64,000 nt of DNA, from assembly GCF_006345805.1 (NCBI RefSeq), contig NC_043000.1, positions 69,750,001-69,814,000 on the forward strand, in the 5' to 3' direction. Below the pieces are notes generated by a model. The model worked only from the letters and a program-made list of their open reading frames with translations, was not told the origin of the DNA and did no database searches. Source of the stretch: Octopus sinensis. Its lineage: Eukaryota. Below are positions 26,888 through 38,819 of this stretch, one piece after another; positions within the stretch are counted from its first letter, which is position 1; every line of letters starts with the position of its first letter. A program made the position numbers and the translations under genes.

Positions 26888-27105
26888 TATCACTCAGGCT
26901 TGCGAGGAAGGGATGGCCTCTCTTTGCAAATACTCCAAGGACACTGATATTGTGTCTAAAGCCAGCTAGAGACGACGATCTCTTGGGGCTATAAAGCTAC
27001 AGTAACACCCCCTCCCCAATGTGGTTAGCCATGATAAGATGGCTTCTATACTTTACATTATCGAGCGATTACTGTTTCAATCTCATTCTGAGATTTAATT
27101 ATGCT

Positions 27106-27122
27106 ATATATATATATATATG

Positions 27123-27207
<85 letters not shown>

Positions 27208-27240
27208 CCTCTCTCTCTCTCACACACACACACATATACC
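27106..27240. repeat. (TA)/(CA)/(CT)n microsatellite, right flank
   Basis: Direct reading. Confidence 0.95.
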
Positions 27241-28299
27241 CATACATTCTTTTTTTATTCTTTGAATAGGTCTGTGGTCGTGCAGCAGCATTGCCTTAAC
27301 TTGTTTTCTATTGGTTCTGTTGTTGCTTTATGGCAGGAAGATGGTCTGTGATTGAGTTTGTAGCTGTTGATCTTCTCTGAGTGTATCCTAGAATGCTTGG
27401 TTGGTCTTGTATCGTCGTTAGGAGTTTATCCAACGTTATTATTTTAATGTTTCATTTTATATTTCGGATTTCTTATGATAAGCAGTTGAACAGTTTAGAA
27501 CATCTAAATATTAAACTGGTGATTTCCAAAGTGGTATATTTGGAAACCAGTGTCTGCCAGTTTGTGCATTAACATTCTCTCTAATACCGAAGTCTGGAAC
27601 ATACCTCTCCAGGATTTTCCATACATGATTTTCCTCCAACCAACTTGCAAACCCCTCACCTAAACATGTAAGTACAAACTATAAACAGTATCATTTCCTA
27701 AATCTACGGGCTAGTTGTTGATGGGCTGTGGCCTCTACAAACATCACTCCTTGATATTTGTTGGTCTTGTACCATGTGTTCACCCTGTTTGCTTTGTCGC
27801 TCTATTCCAGTCTTTACTTCTACATCTTGGGCTGCTCACACTGGTTTCATTACATATAATGTTATCTAATTCCTTTCTAGCACTCCTGAGAATTGCATGC
27901 GGTGCATGAAGTTCTGTACATGTTTCTTTGTTTCATAGGGTTTGCATAGTGGGAACACATTGTTCATTATCCTAAGTCTGCTATCAGTATGTTGATTTTC
28001 ATGTTATGTGACAAAGCTGAGGTCTTGTGAACAACATATTTCGAAGCTATTGGTTTCATGTATATACGTATATGTATATGAATATATATGTAGGTAAATG
28101 GATATGAATGTGAACAGAGATACATACAAATAGATAGGTACATATTCGCAAATGGATATTCGCAAATGAAGACTGAAACACATGACCTTATACACACGCA
28201 CACTTCACACAAAGACACATATTGAGACAGACATCCATACATAAACGACGCACGTACATAATCACAAAAACCAATACATAGACTCACTTAGACATGCAC

Positions 28300-28449
28300 A
28301 TACAAGGAGACATAGGTACACACACAAATACGCACACACACATGCAAACACACACACAAACACACACAAACACATGAATATACATACATGTAAATATATA
28401 TATATATATATATATAATATATATATATGTGTGTGTTTGTGTATGTGTG

Positions 28450-28484
<35 letters not shown>

Positions 28485-28489
28485 ATGTG

Positions 28490-28540
<51 letters not shown>

Positions 28541-28545
28541 ATGTG
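28300..28545. repeat. (CA)/(TA)/(TG)n compound microsatellite
   Basis: Direct reading. Confidence 0.9.
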
Positions 28546-29289
28546 CACGCACTCTGAGGCACCCGTAAATTTAGAAAGACACACACATGCAAAAGTCCGA
28601 TTCGCAGATGCACAAAGACACGCACACGCATGGAAGTTTTGTATTGTTTGATACTCTGTCTGACGAATTTCTAATGGGAAATTCCCCACATATTTATCTA
28701 ACATGTGGAACTTGTTACATAATAACTCTGCAAACAATATTTCCAGAATATTCAACTCTGATATGTACCTCACATCAATACAATAATGACAGTACCTACA
28801 TGCAGGCTTGTAATAATTGAACAAGCAGGTGTGCTTTAAGAGAACACCTCTTGGATATTACCCTACCAACAACATATATATTGTATTAGATTAATGTAAG
28901 AATTATTAACACTAAGATGGAAAAAGCAGGCTTTAATAGCAAATTAAAACACTCGTTTCTGCACCGGACACCAGTTTAAAGTTGAAGAGTTTACATCTAT
29001 ATATGTAACATTTATGTATCATTATGTAATATTATTCGTGAAAATAACTATATACGTAAATATGATTCAGTGACAGCTGTGCGTTTGGTCGATCCTCAGA
29101 TGGAATGTGATTAAGCACTGTCGGATTTCTTTGGGTCTCCTCAGCGTATTATTCTCCAGCAATCATTTCATAAGAACATATATTGTTGCAGTGACACAAA
29201 AACGAATACAAAATATCACAATAATAGTACGAATACTAAAAACAACAACAAATAAAGGCGACCTTAATGATTGACAGAGAAAGTTGTCA

Positions 29290-30197
29290 TGGCGATACCT
29301 GCTCAGGGGTCATCGCAAAGGTGCAGAAAGTGTACGGAGAGGAGCGTATGAGCTTCACACAAGTGTACCAGTGGTTCAGACGTTTTCAAGATGGCCGAAA
29401 AAATGTCGATATTAACGAACGTTTGTGGAGACCCGCAATCAGCAGAACTGAAAAAAACATCGCAGATGTGCGTGCAGTTGTGAGGGGGAATCGTCGAATC
29501 ACCATCCATGAGTTATCTTTTTCTATTCTAGGCACAAGGCCCGAAATTTTTGAGGGGGACAGTCGATTAGATCAGCCCAGTACGCAATTGGTACTTAATT
29601 TATCGACCCCGAAAGGATGAAAGGCAAAGTCGACCTCGGCGGATTTTGAACTCAGAACGTAAAGACAGACGAAATACCGCTAAGCATTTCGCCCGAGGTA
29701 CTAACGTTTCTGCCAGCTCGCCGCCTTTCCATCCATGAGTTATCAGAGGATGCAATGATTAATTGCGGTTCAGTTGAGTCCATAATCACTGATGATTTGA
29801 GTATGAGACATGTGCCTGCCAAGTTTGTGTCAAAACTGCTATCAGTTGACCGAAAAGACACTCGGGTTCAGTTGCACAAGGTCTCCCTGATTGTGTCAAG
29901 AACGATGAAAACTTTTTGAAAATTTTGCGTGGGCCTCTGAGCAGGTATCGCCAAGCTTTTGGCAAAATTTGATGCAGATTCTCTGCTCAAATTTCTGTTA
30001 TGGGTAATGCGACGATCACACGCTACACACCTTCCAACCAAGGACTGCTGTAAACAACGAAAGTGAGCTAGAACGTTAAAACTACGTGCAGATGCACATC
30101 ACAGTTCAATGTCAATCTGTGCCAAGTGGCTTTGCTCTGCGTGCTTTAGCTCCGTTACTATGGTATCAGTCCGGATACTTATTGATCAGACCACGTA
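29290..30197. mobile_element. Rearranged mariner element: transposase fragment (+, 29290-29890) and TIR + N-terminus (-, 30197-29900)
   Basis: VYQWFRRFQDGRKNVD..RLWRP..RTEKNIADVRAVVRGNRRITIHEL on plus; EQRICIKFCQKLGDTCSE and TIR-like TACGTGGTCTGATCAATAAGTATCCGGACTG on minus. Confidence 0.85.
29518..29728 (-). mobile_element. SINE family A inserted in mariner with 16-bp TSD
   Basis: CCATCCATGAGTTATC at 29502-29517 and 29729-29744; head GGCGGCGAGCTGGCAGAAACGTTAG on minus. Confidence 0.92.
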
Positions 30198-30667
30198 TAT
30201 ATTGTCATGAGAATTTAATTTCGGTGTAATGGAGGTGTTATGTGAATAGAATCATTAATGTCTTTAACATGTTGGTAAAAGATATAGATATTACGAGGAA
30301 AGACGAGCGTGTTTGTAAATTAAGAATAATTATAATCTGAAGACACAAGAGTAAGTTTGACAAGCAAACTGAAAACAGTTTCCTTCACAGAACTCAGCAG
30401 CAAATAAACCAACCAGTATAAACATACAGAGATACAGAAATACTAATAAACTCAACAATACTCAAATGTTAATTTTCTGAAAGTGGCATTTATTTTTTTT
30501 ATAAGAACTCGTCATTTTATCAGCTATTGAAAATATGAAGTAGTCGTTAAGATTGTTGAAATATTTGTTTCTGCCTACTTCACAGAATGTCGAATGATGT
30601 CAACCGGAGTGAAGATGAAAATCTGATGCCATGTTTGACACTACTATTAACTGCAAAAAATATCTTA

Positions 30668-30705
<38 letters not shown>

Positions 30706-31679
30706 TCTGTTCCTGTTATTGTTGTTGTTGCTGTTGTTGTTGTCGTTATTGTTTCCGCAGCAACATTAAAATATAATAATCGTTAATTTATTTACGATAG
30801 GGTTGACGTATGAAGAGGAAGAACAAAAGCGGTAAAGGTTCATGAAGGATCGATTATAAAATAACGTGCATGGAAAACAAGTGTACCAAAATAATGAACC
30901 AAGACGTCGTAATTAAAGAACAGCCGTATTTCTTTAAAATAGGGAACCCCACTGGTCCATGACTATCCTGGCCACTAAGAGCATGTCTACACACTTATTT
31001 TAAGTGTCGGTCCATTTACCCATCCCACGCTCACCACTCACTACTTATACCTTCAGCAAATTCACTGGAAAAACTGCACTTTCTCCATCCTCACCAGAAG
31101 TGAAGATGGAGAGTTGTTGGCTGAAGAAGAAAGTGTTTGTCTTCAGTCCTTTCAGTTGTGTTCTTTGTACAATCACTGTCGCCTTTGCCATTAGACAGAG
31201 AAAATTTTTATATGCCGACACGAAACACGTTTAGCTTCCATGGCAATGGTGCAAGTGACTATACGTGCAGGAGCGATAAACTAAGCGCGTGAATTGTCTT
31301 TGTGCTTGTGTTTGCTCGCCGCCAACACTTGAAAACTAGTGTTGATTTATTTTTTCCCTCATAACTTAGTGCTTCGACAAAAAGATACTGATAGAATAAG
31401 TCCCAGTCGTTAGAAAAATAAAAACTGGGGTAGATTCGTACGACTGAACTTCTTCAAGGCGGTACTCTAACATGGCTGCACTCCAATGACTGAAACAAAT
31501 AACGGATAAAAGACTATTCATGGTATCTAAAAAGATTCGTGCCAATTACTTTTGCTTCTACAGTCAACTTTATTTCAAAACTTGAACTATTGCGTCTATA
31601 ATGATTCTTCGTAACTGCTTCTTTCATTTGTGTATGTTGTCAATGGCTAGTTCATTGATTGCTGAGCATTTATTTATTT

Positions 31680-31750
31680 ACATGTGTGTGTATGTGCGTG
31701 CGTGTGTGTGTGTGTGTGTATGTGTGTGTGTGCGTGTGCGTGTGTGTGTG

Positions 31751-31817
<67 letters not shown>
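31680..31817. repeat. (TG)n microsatellite
   Basis: Direct reading. Confidence 0.95.
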
Positions 31818-31820
<3 letters not shown>

Positions 31821-33144
31821 ACTCTCTTAACCCTGTTTTCTTATCCTGCATTTTTCCAATCCAAATTTCATCAACTTTCCAAGTACATTCGTTTACTATT
31901 TACGGCTACGTTTTCAATTAGTTATACAGCTTGTCGTTGTCGCTTTTCTTTTTGGCACTTTGTTGACTGAATATCTGGTTAGGGATCTGAGCCAAAATGT
32001 AAAAGCTCAACGTGGAAATACAAGATATACAAATTTACAACAGTATAGACATTTTTATTTAAAATCAACATGACTGGAACTGAAATGTTGGTACAAATGA
32101 TGGGACAGCATCGTGCAGGAGTCACATCCCCATATAAAACACACAATTTTATATAAAATCTTGTTTGCTTTCTTCAACACTTCTTTCGTTCATCTACAAC
32201 TTTATCATTGATAAAATTTTACAGTATAAAGTCATTGTCATACAAATACAACTTCTAAGGTGTAAAAGATTGTAAACTGAAAACTTCACAATCCAGTAGC
32301 AAGATAAATTGTAATAATGAAAACAGAACGGACACAAACTCTTAACTTCTGAGCGTAGAACCTCATAACGCTGATGACAGTAAAGGTTACAAAACTTATT
32401 CTCCCTTATTAATTTCAATATAAAAGAGTTTAAAGATCTCCATAATGAACTCGATGCGGTAGGCGTTCTCTATGCAATGACATCCACGGACCCAAAAATG
32501 CCAGTGAATATTTGAACAGAGAACAATATCTCAAAATTTTTACTTGTATCATACATGCAATCAGTTTGCATGACAATTTTACAATGAAAAATAGCGCTTC
32601 CAATTATGGATGCTGGTTGAGCAAATGAAATATGGATACCAATCGATTGATTAATATCAAATGAAACATTATCTGATAATGGAAAGAAAACATGAATGAA
32701 TTACCACAGAGAGATGTAACCATTAACTTGACACAGAAATTACAAATATAAACAGAAAATTAAGAGGTGATAATATCTTATTTTCATAGAATCTCGCAAA
32801 TTTTGATATTCTTCAAATCTCCTACTTATGAATAAAGACAAGTCCTAGAATTATTTATTGCACATAGACAGTTAAAGGTTTCGTTTTCATACGCAATGGT
32901 GAAGCCTCCAGTTATTCTGAAAGATATACTGAGTATACGAGTATTTTACAGGTTACGAACTGCTGCAACATGAAAATTGTTTTGATGCTTTGATCATATT
33001 GAAACTTTGCATTTAAATTGCACAGATATTGGAGAAGCCGTTACAATAAACAATTCCAATGCCATGCATTTTAGAAAGCTTTCGACAGCTTTTGGTAATA
33101 AGTAATTTTTTCTGGGATATTTTTCACATATTTCAATAGGTAAG

Positions 33145-33145
<1 letters not shown>

Positions 33146-33217
<72 letters not shown>

Positions 33218-33231
33218 GGATAGATAGATAA

Positions 33232-33294
<63 letters not shown>
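33146..33294. repeat. (GATA)n microsatellite
   Basis: Direct reading. Confidence 0.97.
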
Positions 33295-33295
<1 letters not shown>

Positions 33296-34199
33296 AGCAT
33301 GTATCAGTTGTAGAGTGTATATGTAATATATCTGTGTGTGTGCGTGCGTGCATGTGTGTGTATGTGGTGTGTGTGTGTAATAGAGAGATAGGGAGAGGAT
33401 TTTTCAAAGATTTAAAATAGAAAACGTTTTATTAGGTTTCACTTTCAATATTTATAGTCATCTCATAACCTGTAGATTGCGAAATATTACGAAATGAGAT
33501 ATATTTGTCATCTTTCGTGCACTTATTCCCCGATATCTGATAACCAATCAATGACAACATTCCTGCACGCTATATTCTGTTTCTGGAGAAATATTTTGTA
33601 CAGATGATTTTAAAATGTTCTTAACTTTTCTATTTTAATAAGATTAAATATCAGAAATATACTGCTAGTAAGTGATCAAAGAATGAAATTTCATTGATTA
33701 AAAAAAAAATAAAGTATTTCTGATGTTAAATGAAATCAAATCCATTCAAGCTTTTCTTATCACGGAAAATTCTTTTACATATTATATAGAGGGACATATT
33801 TCCTTATGTATTCAGCTTTCGTTGCATGTTCACTCACACTTTTATACATTCATACTTCCCGTTTTTTACTGGGATTACAATCTATCCGCTATACATAAAT
33901 TGTTCTCCAATCATCTGGTCGAAAGCTTTTACTGCAAAAGAAATTACTTGAGGCTTTTGGTTACAAACAAATATCTACATAGGACAATTTCCACCTGAAT
34001 TTTAAGTTATTCGATTATTTTAGTACCATTTTTTCCCAGTAAAAATATCTTTTAAAATTATTGTGGTGAATAATCTAATTGCTACTGATATAATGTCTAT
34101 GTGCCTGCGAGAAAATATCAGCAAATGGTTTTTATAAGAACCAATTAAAGTTGATATTTGAAGAAAACCAGAATAACTGATCAAATAAATTTATTGACA

Positions 34200-34615
34200 A
34201 TTTTGGTTTCAAATTTTTGCACACGACCAGCAATATCGGAGGAGGGGACTAGTCTATAACATTGATCCCAATCTTCAACTGCTACTTTATCGAAAGATAA
34301 AATCGACTTCAGTGGAATTTGAACTCTGAACGTAAAGACGGACTAAATGCGGCTAAGCATTTTGCCTGGCACGCTACCGATTCTGCCAGCTCGCCGCTTT
34401 AAATTTGTTGATTTTATTGGTTTCAAGTTTTGGCACACAGCAAGCAATTTAGAGGAAAGGAGGTAGGACGATTACAACGACCCCAGTGCTCAACTCGTAT
34501 CGACACTAAAAGGATTAAAGGCAATATACACTGTGGCTGCATTTGAACCCAGAACGGACTAAATGTCGCTAGGTATTGTGCCCGGCGTCCTAGCGATTCT
34601 GCCAACACGCTGCTT
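34200..34615 (-). mobile_element. Two adjacent SINE family A copies
   Basis: 34200-34400 and 34420-34615 each match the family A body and head. Confidence 0.8.
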
Positions 34616-34630
34616 AAATTTATTGATAAT

Positions 34631-35837
34631 TTTACGGTTTAGCTGGTGCATTTCCCGGTGACCCACATTGGAATTATGGTTCCGGCATGTCTAGTAGAAA
34701 AGTGACAGTCTTTTGTTTAATGGAGGACTAATGGGTTTTGCAATGACCTGTGACCTTGTGCGGGTGAATTAGGGGTCGCTCTGGGCACCCCTTGAAGAAG
34801 TGAAGAGGAGGACAGATTAAGGGAATCTAAGAGCAGATGGAGAGGGTATTGACAGTAGGAGAGAAGGACAGGCAGAGAGTTTGGTAGAGCTGTCATGAGA
34901 GAGTAGAGTATAAGACTAAGGGACAGATAGAGAGGCTAAGGGACAGTAGGCGATATAGATAGAGTAAGGAATCAGATAGCAAATAGAAAGACTATAGGTG
35001 GTAGAACAGAGGGAGATGAGGGAGTGGAAGTCAGGACAAGGAAGTGAGGTTCTGGGCAGTCGTTGAGCGGTCGTCGAGGAACACGGACGGACTCTGGAGG
35101 TCAGAGCGAGTGGATGGAACCTTGGATTTAAGGAGCAAGCGTTGGAATTCCTGGGAGCGAGCTGGGATGCGAGGAGGCCTAGGAGCAAGCGATTGGAATA
35201 TGCACAGAGGGGAATTAGCAGAGTATTCAGAGGATTTAGCAGTATTAAGAGATGAGTGCAGAATGGGACACTGGCGATTCAGTTAGGAATTGAGGTATGT
35301 GTTGATGTGACTTAATCTGTGGTGTTTAAAAAGAACAGTCAAGGACTCTGTCGATGTGGTCGATAAAGAACATTGTGAATTGAGTAAAGGACTTGTTGAA
35401 TTGTAACGTGAATTGTTGTGATACGAACATTGTATAATGTATCGAAGTGTTCTGATTGGACTGTGACGTATCGTGAACATTATTTGATCTGGACTTGTTG
35501 TGTCGTTACTGAACACTGTTATATTGTTACATGCATGTTGTTAAATGCTTTGATCTGTGGTATACCGTATGATGTATTGATTTGTTGTTTGCCTTAAATG
35601 TATTTGATGTGTAGCAATTGATTGTCGTATAAACTGTTGTTTGAATATAAGCCAGTGTTGCCAGTTGTTGCCTTGCCTCTTTGGGTTGTATCTCGGGTTG
35701 TGCCTCCGTATCTCTGTGCTGTTGAGGTTGTGGCAGTATCCATCTGTATCTCCTCTCTCCGCCTCTTTGGGTTCCGTGGCGGAACTTGTGTGAGCCGTTC
35801 GGGACGGGCGACGACGGGTGATTCTGGTTCCGTAACA
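34631..35837. mobile_element. Probable solo LTR (~1.2 kb) with 5-bp TSD ATAAT
   Basis: Termini TTTACGG (decayed TGTTACGG) ... CCGTAACA; ATAAT at 34626-34630 and 35838-35842; no coding signal. Confidence 0.65.
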
Positions 35838-36111
35838 ATAATATTGACATGATGTTGTAATAGAGTAGGTGATATTGTGCTAATATTTTTCATAGATATT
35901 CACACACATACACCTCTGTGTGTGTGGCCATGTGCACGTGATACGCACTCAAACATTAGCTTCATACTTAGCTTCATACATGCACGATTGCTTGCCAACA
36001 CACGCACGCAGTCCTTACCCACACATGCACACAGGCACATTAGCTCTTTCATACATACAAACTCGTATATGCGTTCACGCGCGCGCGCGCGCACACACTC
36101 ACACACACGCA

Positions 36112-36168
<57 letters not shown>

Positions 36169-36289
36169 CACACACACACACATGCCACGTCACTGTTGTC
36201 TTGCTTGCCGACTTTTTCCTCTTCTTGTCATTTCAACGTGTTTTGACCGTTTAATTTTCTAACAACTTTTTTTTCTTTCCTCATCTATC

Positions 36290-36325
36290 CTTTCTGTAGA
36301 AGAGCGTAGTCTCGAAACGTTAAAG
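36290..36325 (+). ncRNA. Hammerhead-like motif, CTGTAGA variant, in a Penelope pLTR fragment
   Basis: CTTT-CTGTAGA-AGAGCGTAGTCTC-GAAAC-GTT-AAAG. Confidence 0.55.
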
Positions 36326-36807
36326 ACTTCTTTCACTTCACTTGAGCGCAAATTTGCTGGTTTTTCACTTCGTCTTTGTGTTTTTTGTTTTTATTTTTGG
36401 ACTATTTATATATTTTTCACTTAGGCATTGCGAGACTATACACTTTTTTATGTACATTAGCAATGGCTTTCTCACTGGTAATGTCTTCCTTGTATATTGC
36501 AAAAATGTAATTCCTTTTTCCCAAATAAATTTCATTCCATATTCTAGGCTTCGATGAAACGACAGGATTTTATTCAGGCATTTTCTGCCATTTGACTGCG
36601 GCCATGCAGGAGCACCACCATGAAGGGTATTTTTAGTCGAAGAAATCGACCCTAAGGCTTATTCTTTATCAGCCTAGTACTTATTCTATCAGTCTATTTT
36701 GCCGGCCCGCTGAGTTACGGGAACGTGAACACACCAACATCGGTTGACAAGCGATGGTGTAGGGACAAACATAGATACAAAGACGCACACACACACATAC
36801 AAGCAAA

Positions 36808-36872
<65 letters not shown>

Positions 36873-37261
36873 TCTAGCTGAATGTCTTATACACATTTTT
36901 ATTTATTACATATCAGAGCATATCTTCCCCGAGCGGTAGGCCGCTTAATCAGGACAGATTTGTGCAATCTTTCACTAAAAGACTTCGTTGAGGATATTTT
37001 ACTTTTTAAGATTATTTACATGTCTGTTCGACAGTTTCACGTGACTTTATTTATTAAAGTTTGGTGAACATTCGTTCGCTGGTCTAGGCATTAAGATGAT
37101 AACAGTTAGACGGACAGACATACAGACTAATAGAAATTGCTACTTATTCCGTCTACCAAATCCACCTACAAAGCTTTGTTCAGCCAGAGGGGACTAAACC
37201 ACACCCATGTGGTTGGGAAGCAAGTTTCTTACAACACAACCACGCCTGCACCTATTTCGTG

Positions 37262-37612
37262 TGTGTGAGTGGCTGTCTGGTAAGTAGCTTGCTTACCAAC
37301 CACATGGTTCTGGGTTCAGTTCCATTGTGTGGCACCTTGGACAAGTGTTTTCTACTATAGCCTCGGGCTGACCAAAGTCTTGTAAGTGGATTTGGTAGAC
37401 GGAAACTGAAAGAAGCCCGTATTTGTCCACCCACATTCGCTAGACAACCGATGGTGGTGTGTTTACGTCCCCGTCAATTAGCGGTTCGGCAAGACAGATC
37501 GATAGAATAAGTACTAGGCTTATAAGGAATAAGTCCTGGGGTCGGTTTGCTCGACCAAAGGTGGTGCTCCAACATGGCCGCAGTCAAATGACTGAAACAA
37601 AAAAATAAAAGA
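37262..37612 (+). mobile_element. Composite SINE family B
   Basis: A-box/B-box-like head (TGGCTGTCTGGTAAG; GGGTTCAGTTCC), tail GGATTTGGTAGACGGAAACTG, second module ending GCAGTCAAATGACTGAAAC. Confidence 0.82.
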
Positions 37613-37657
37613 ATATATATGTATATGTATATGTATATGTATATATATATAATATAT

Positions 37658-37693
<36 letters not shown>

Positions 37694-37779
37694 CTATATA
37701 TACACTACCATATATATTATATGATGATTTCTTTTGAATGAAACAGTTCTAGTCCTGTAGAAGCTCCTTCATAAAATAA

Positions 37780-37810
<31 letters not shown>

Positions 37811-38504
37811 ATATACGTGTATATACGTAAAGGTAGGGATTGCGGGTTGATGTGAAATATTTTGTACAAGCAAAACGCCCCCCGTCTAATGGACGGTGCT
37901 GAGTTGTCAAACATTTACACCAAATTTTCTCAAAACAATTTGTCCGACCGTCCCATAAGCCTCCCCTTTGAGAAACACTGATTTAACCTTGGTTTTGTTA
38001 AACGAAGTTAAGGCAGAAAAAACTTCTTGTGAAACCAAATAGTGTTTCCTTCCTTCATGTCAAGTTTGAAGAAAATATCTCTTTTGCATCTTACTTTTTT
38101 GGTCTCTTAAATATACTGCATTTTATGGCATTATTTCAAGCCATCTGGCTTCTTTTGCGCAAACTGCACGTGCATTTTTCTCGCGTACGTGTAGTAGCGG
38201 TTGCAACAGCTGATGTACTTGCGCGTACAATTGCACGTTCCCACGGCTTTATCGATCGCATTCTTACCTGGAATCGACTTTTGTAATTTTTTTCAAGACT
38301 TATACACCCCCTGATACTGTCGGTATCTACATATCAAATTTGAGCGCAACCGGATGGAGGATGACCGAGATCATGGAAGACACACACAGAGACAGACAGA
38401 ACGGATTTTATATTATAGATAATATATATAAATAAATGGAGTTAAACGCAGATGTTATTCAAATTATTTGACTTCCATTTGAATAACACCTACGTTTAAC
38501 TCCA

Positions 38505-38554
38505 TTTATGTATTTATATATACATATATATATATATACCTCTCACGTGAGATA

Positions 38555-38607
<53 letters not shown>

Positions 38608-38667
38608 CATATATATATACGTATATGTATATCATATACATATATACATGTATATGTATATCATGTA

Positions 38668-38766
<99 letters not shown>

Positions 38767-38775
38767 TATATACTC
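38505..38775. repeat. (TA)n microsatellite block
   Basis: Direct reading. Confidence 0.95.
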
Positions 38776-38819
38776 TCTCTTTTACTTGTTTCAGCAGTCA
38801 TTTGACTGCGGCCATATAT

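Larger units (their letters stand above)
21138..27105 (+). mobile_element. Non-coding hammerhead-bearing unit (retrozyme/pLTR-like) interrupted by a Tx1 LINE; inserted in (TA)n
   Basis: 21138-21333 is the reverse complement of 26866-27061; 21334-21400 equals 27039-27105 (67-bp direct repeat); HHR at 26845-26887; TA-rich microsatellites on both sides. Confidence 0.85.

Noticed and set aside
21138-27105. First reading as a novel LINE with its own ITRs or split direct repeats (DIRS-like)
   Set aside because: The 14-bp TSD and AATAAA end place the LINE boundaries inside the repeats, so the repeats belong to a host element. No tyrosine recombinase is present.
27300-27960. Possible decayed minus-strand retroelement coding fragment (NTWYKTNKYQGVMFVEAT...LARR)
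   Set aside because: Only one short motif-like stretch and no catalytic motif; cannot assign a family.
31020-31230. Possible exon or LINE fragment (TRSEDGELLAEEESV)
   Set aside because: Short and ambiguous in strand and frame, with no supporting neighbours.
32194-32680. Long minus-strand frame with one internal stop after a good acceptor-like site
   Set aside because: No recognisable domain; could arise by chance in AT-rich DNA.
36900-38420. Possible Helentron/DINE-like non-autonomous elements with GACA tracts (36900-37140, 37860-38410)
   Set aside because: Could not define subterminal inverted repeats or hairpins with confidence.
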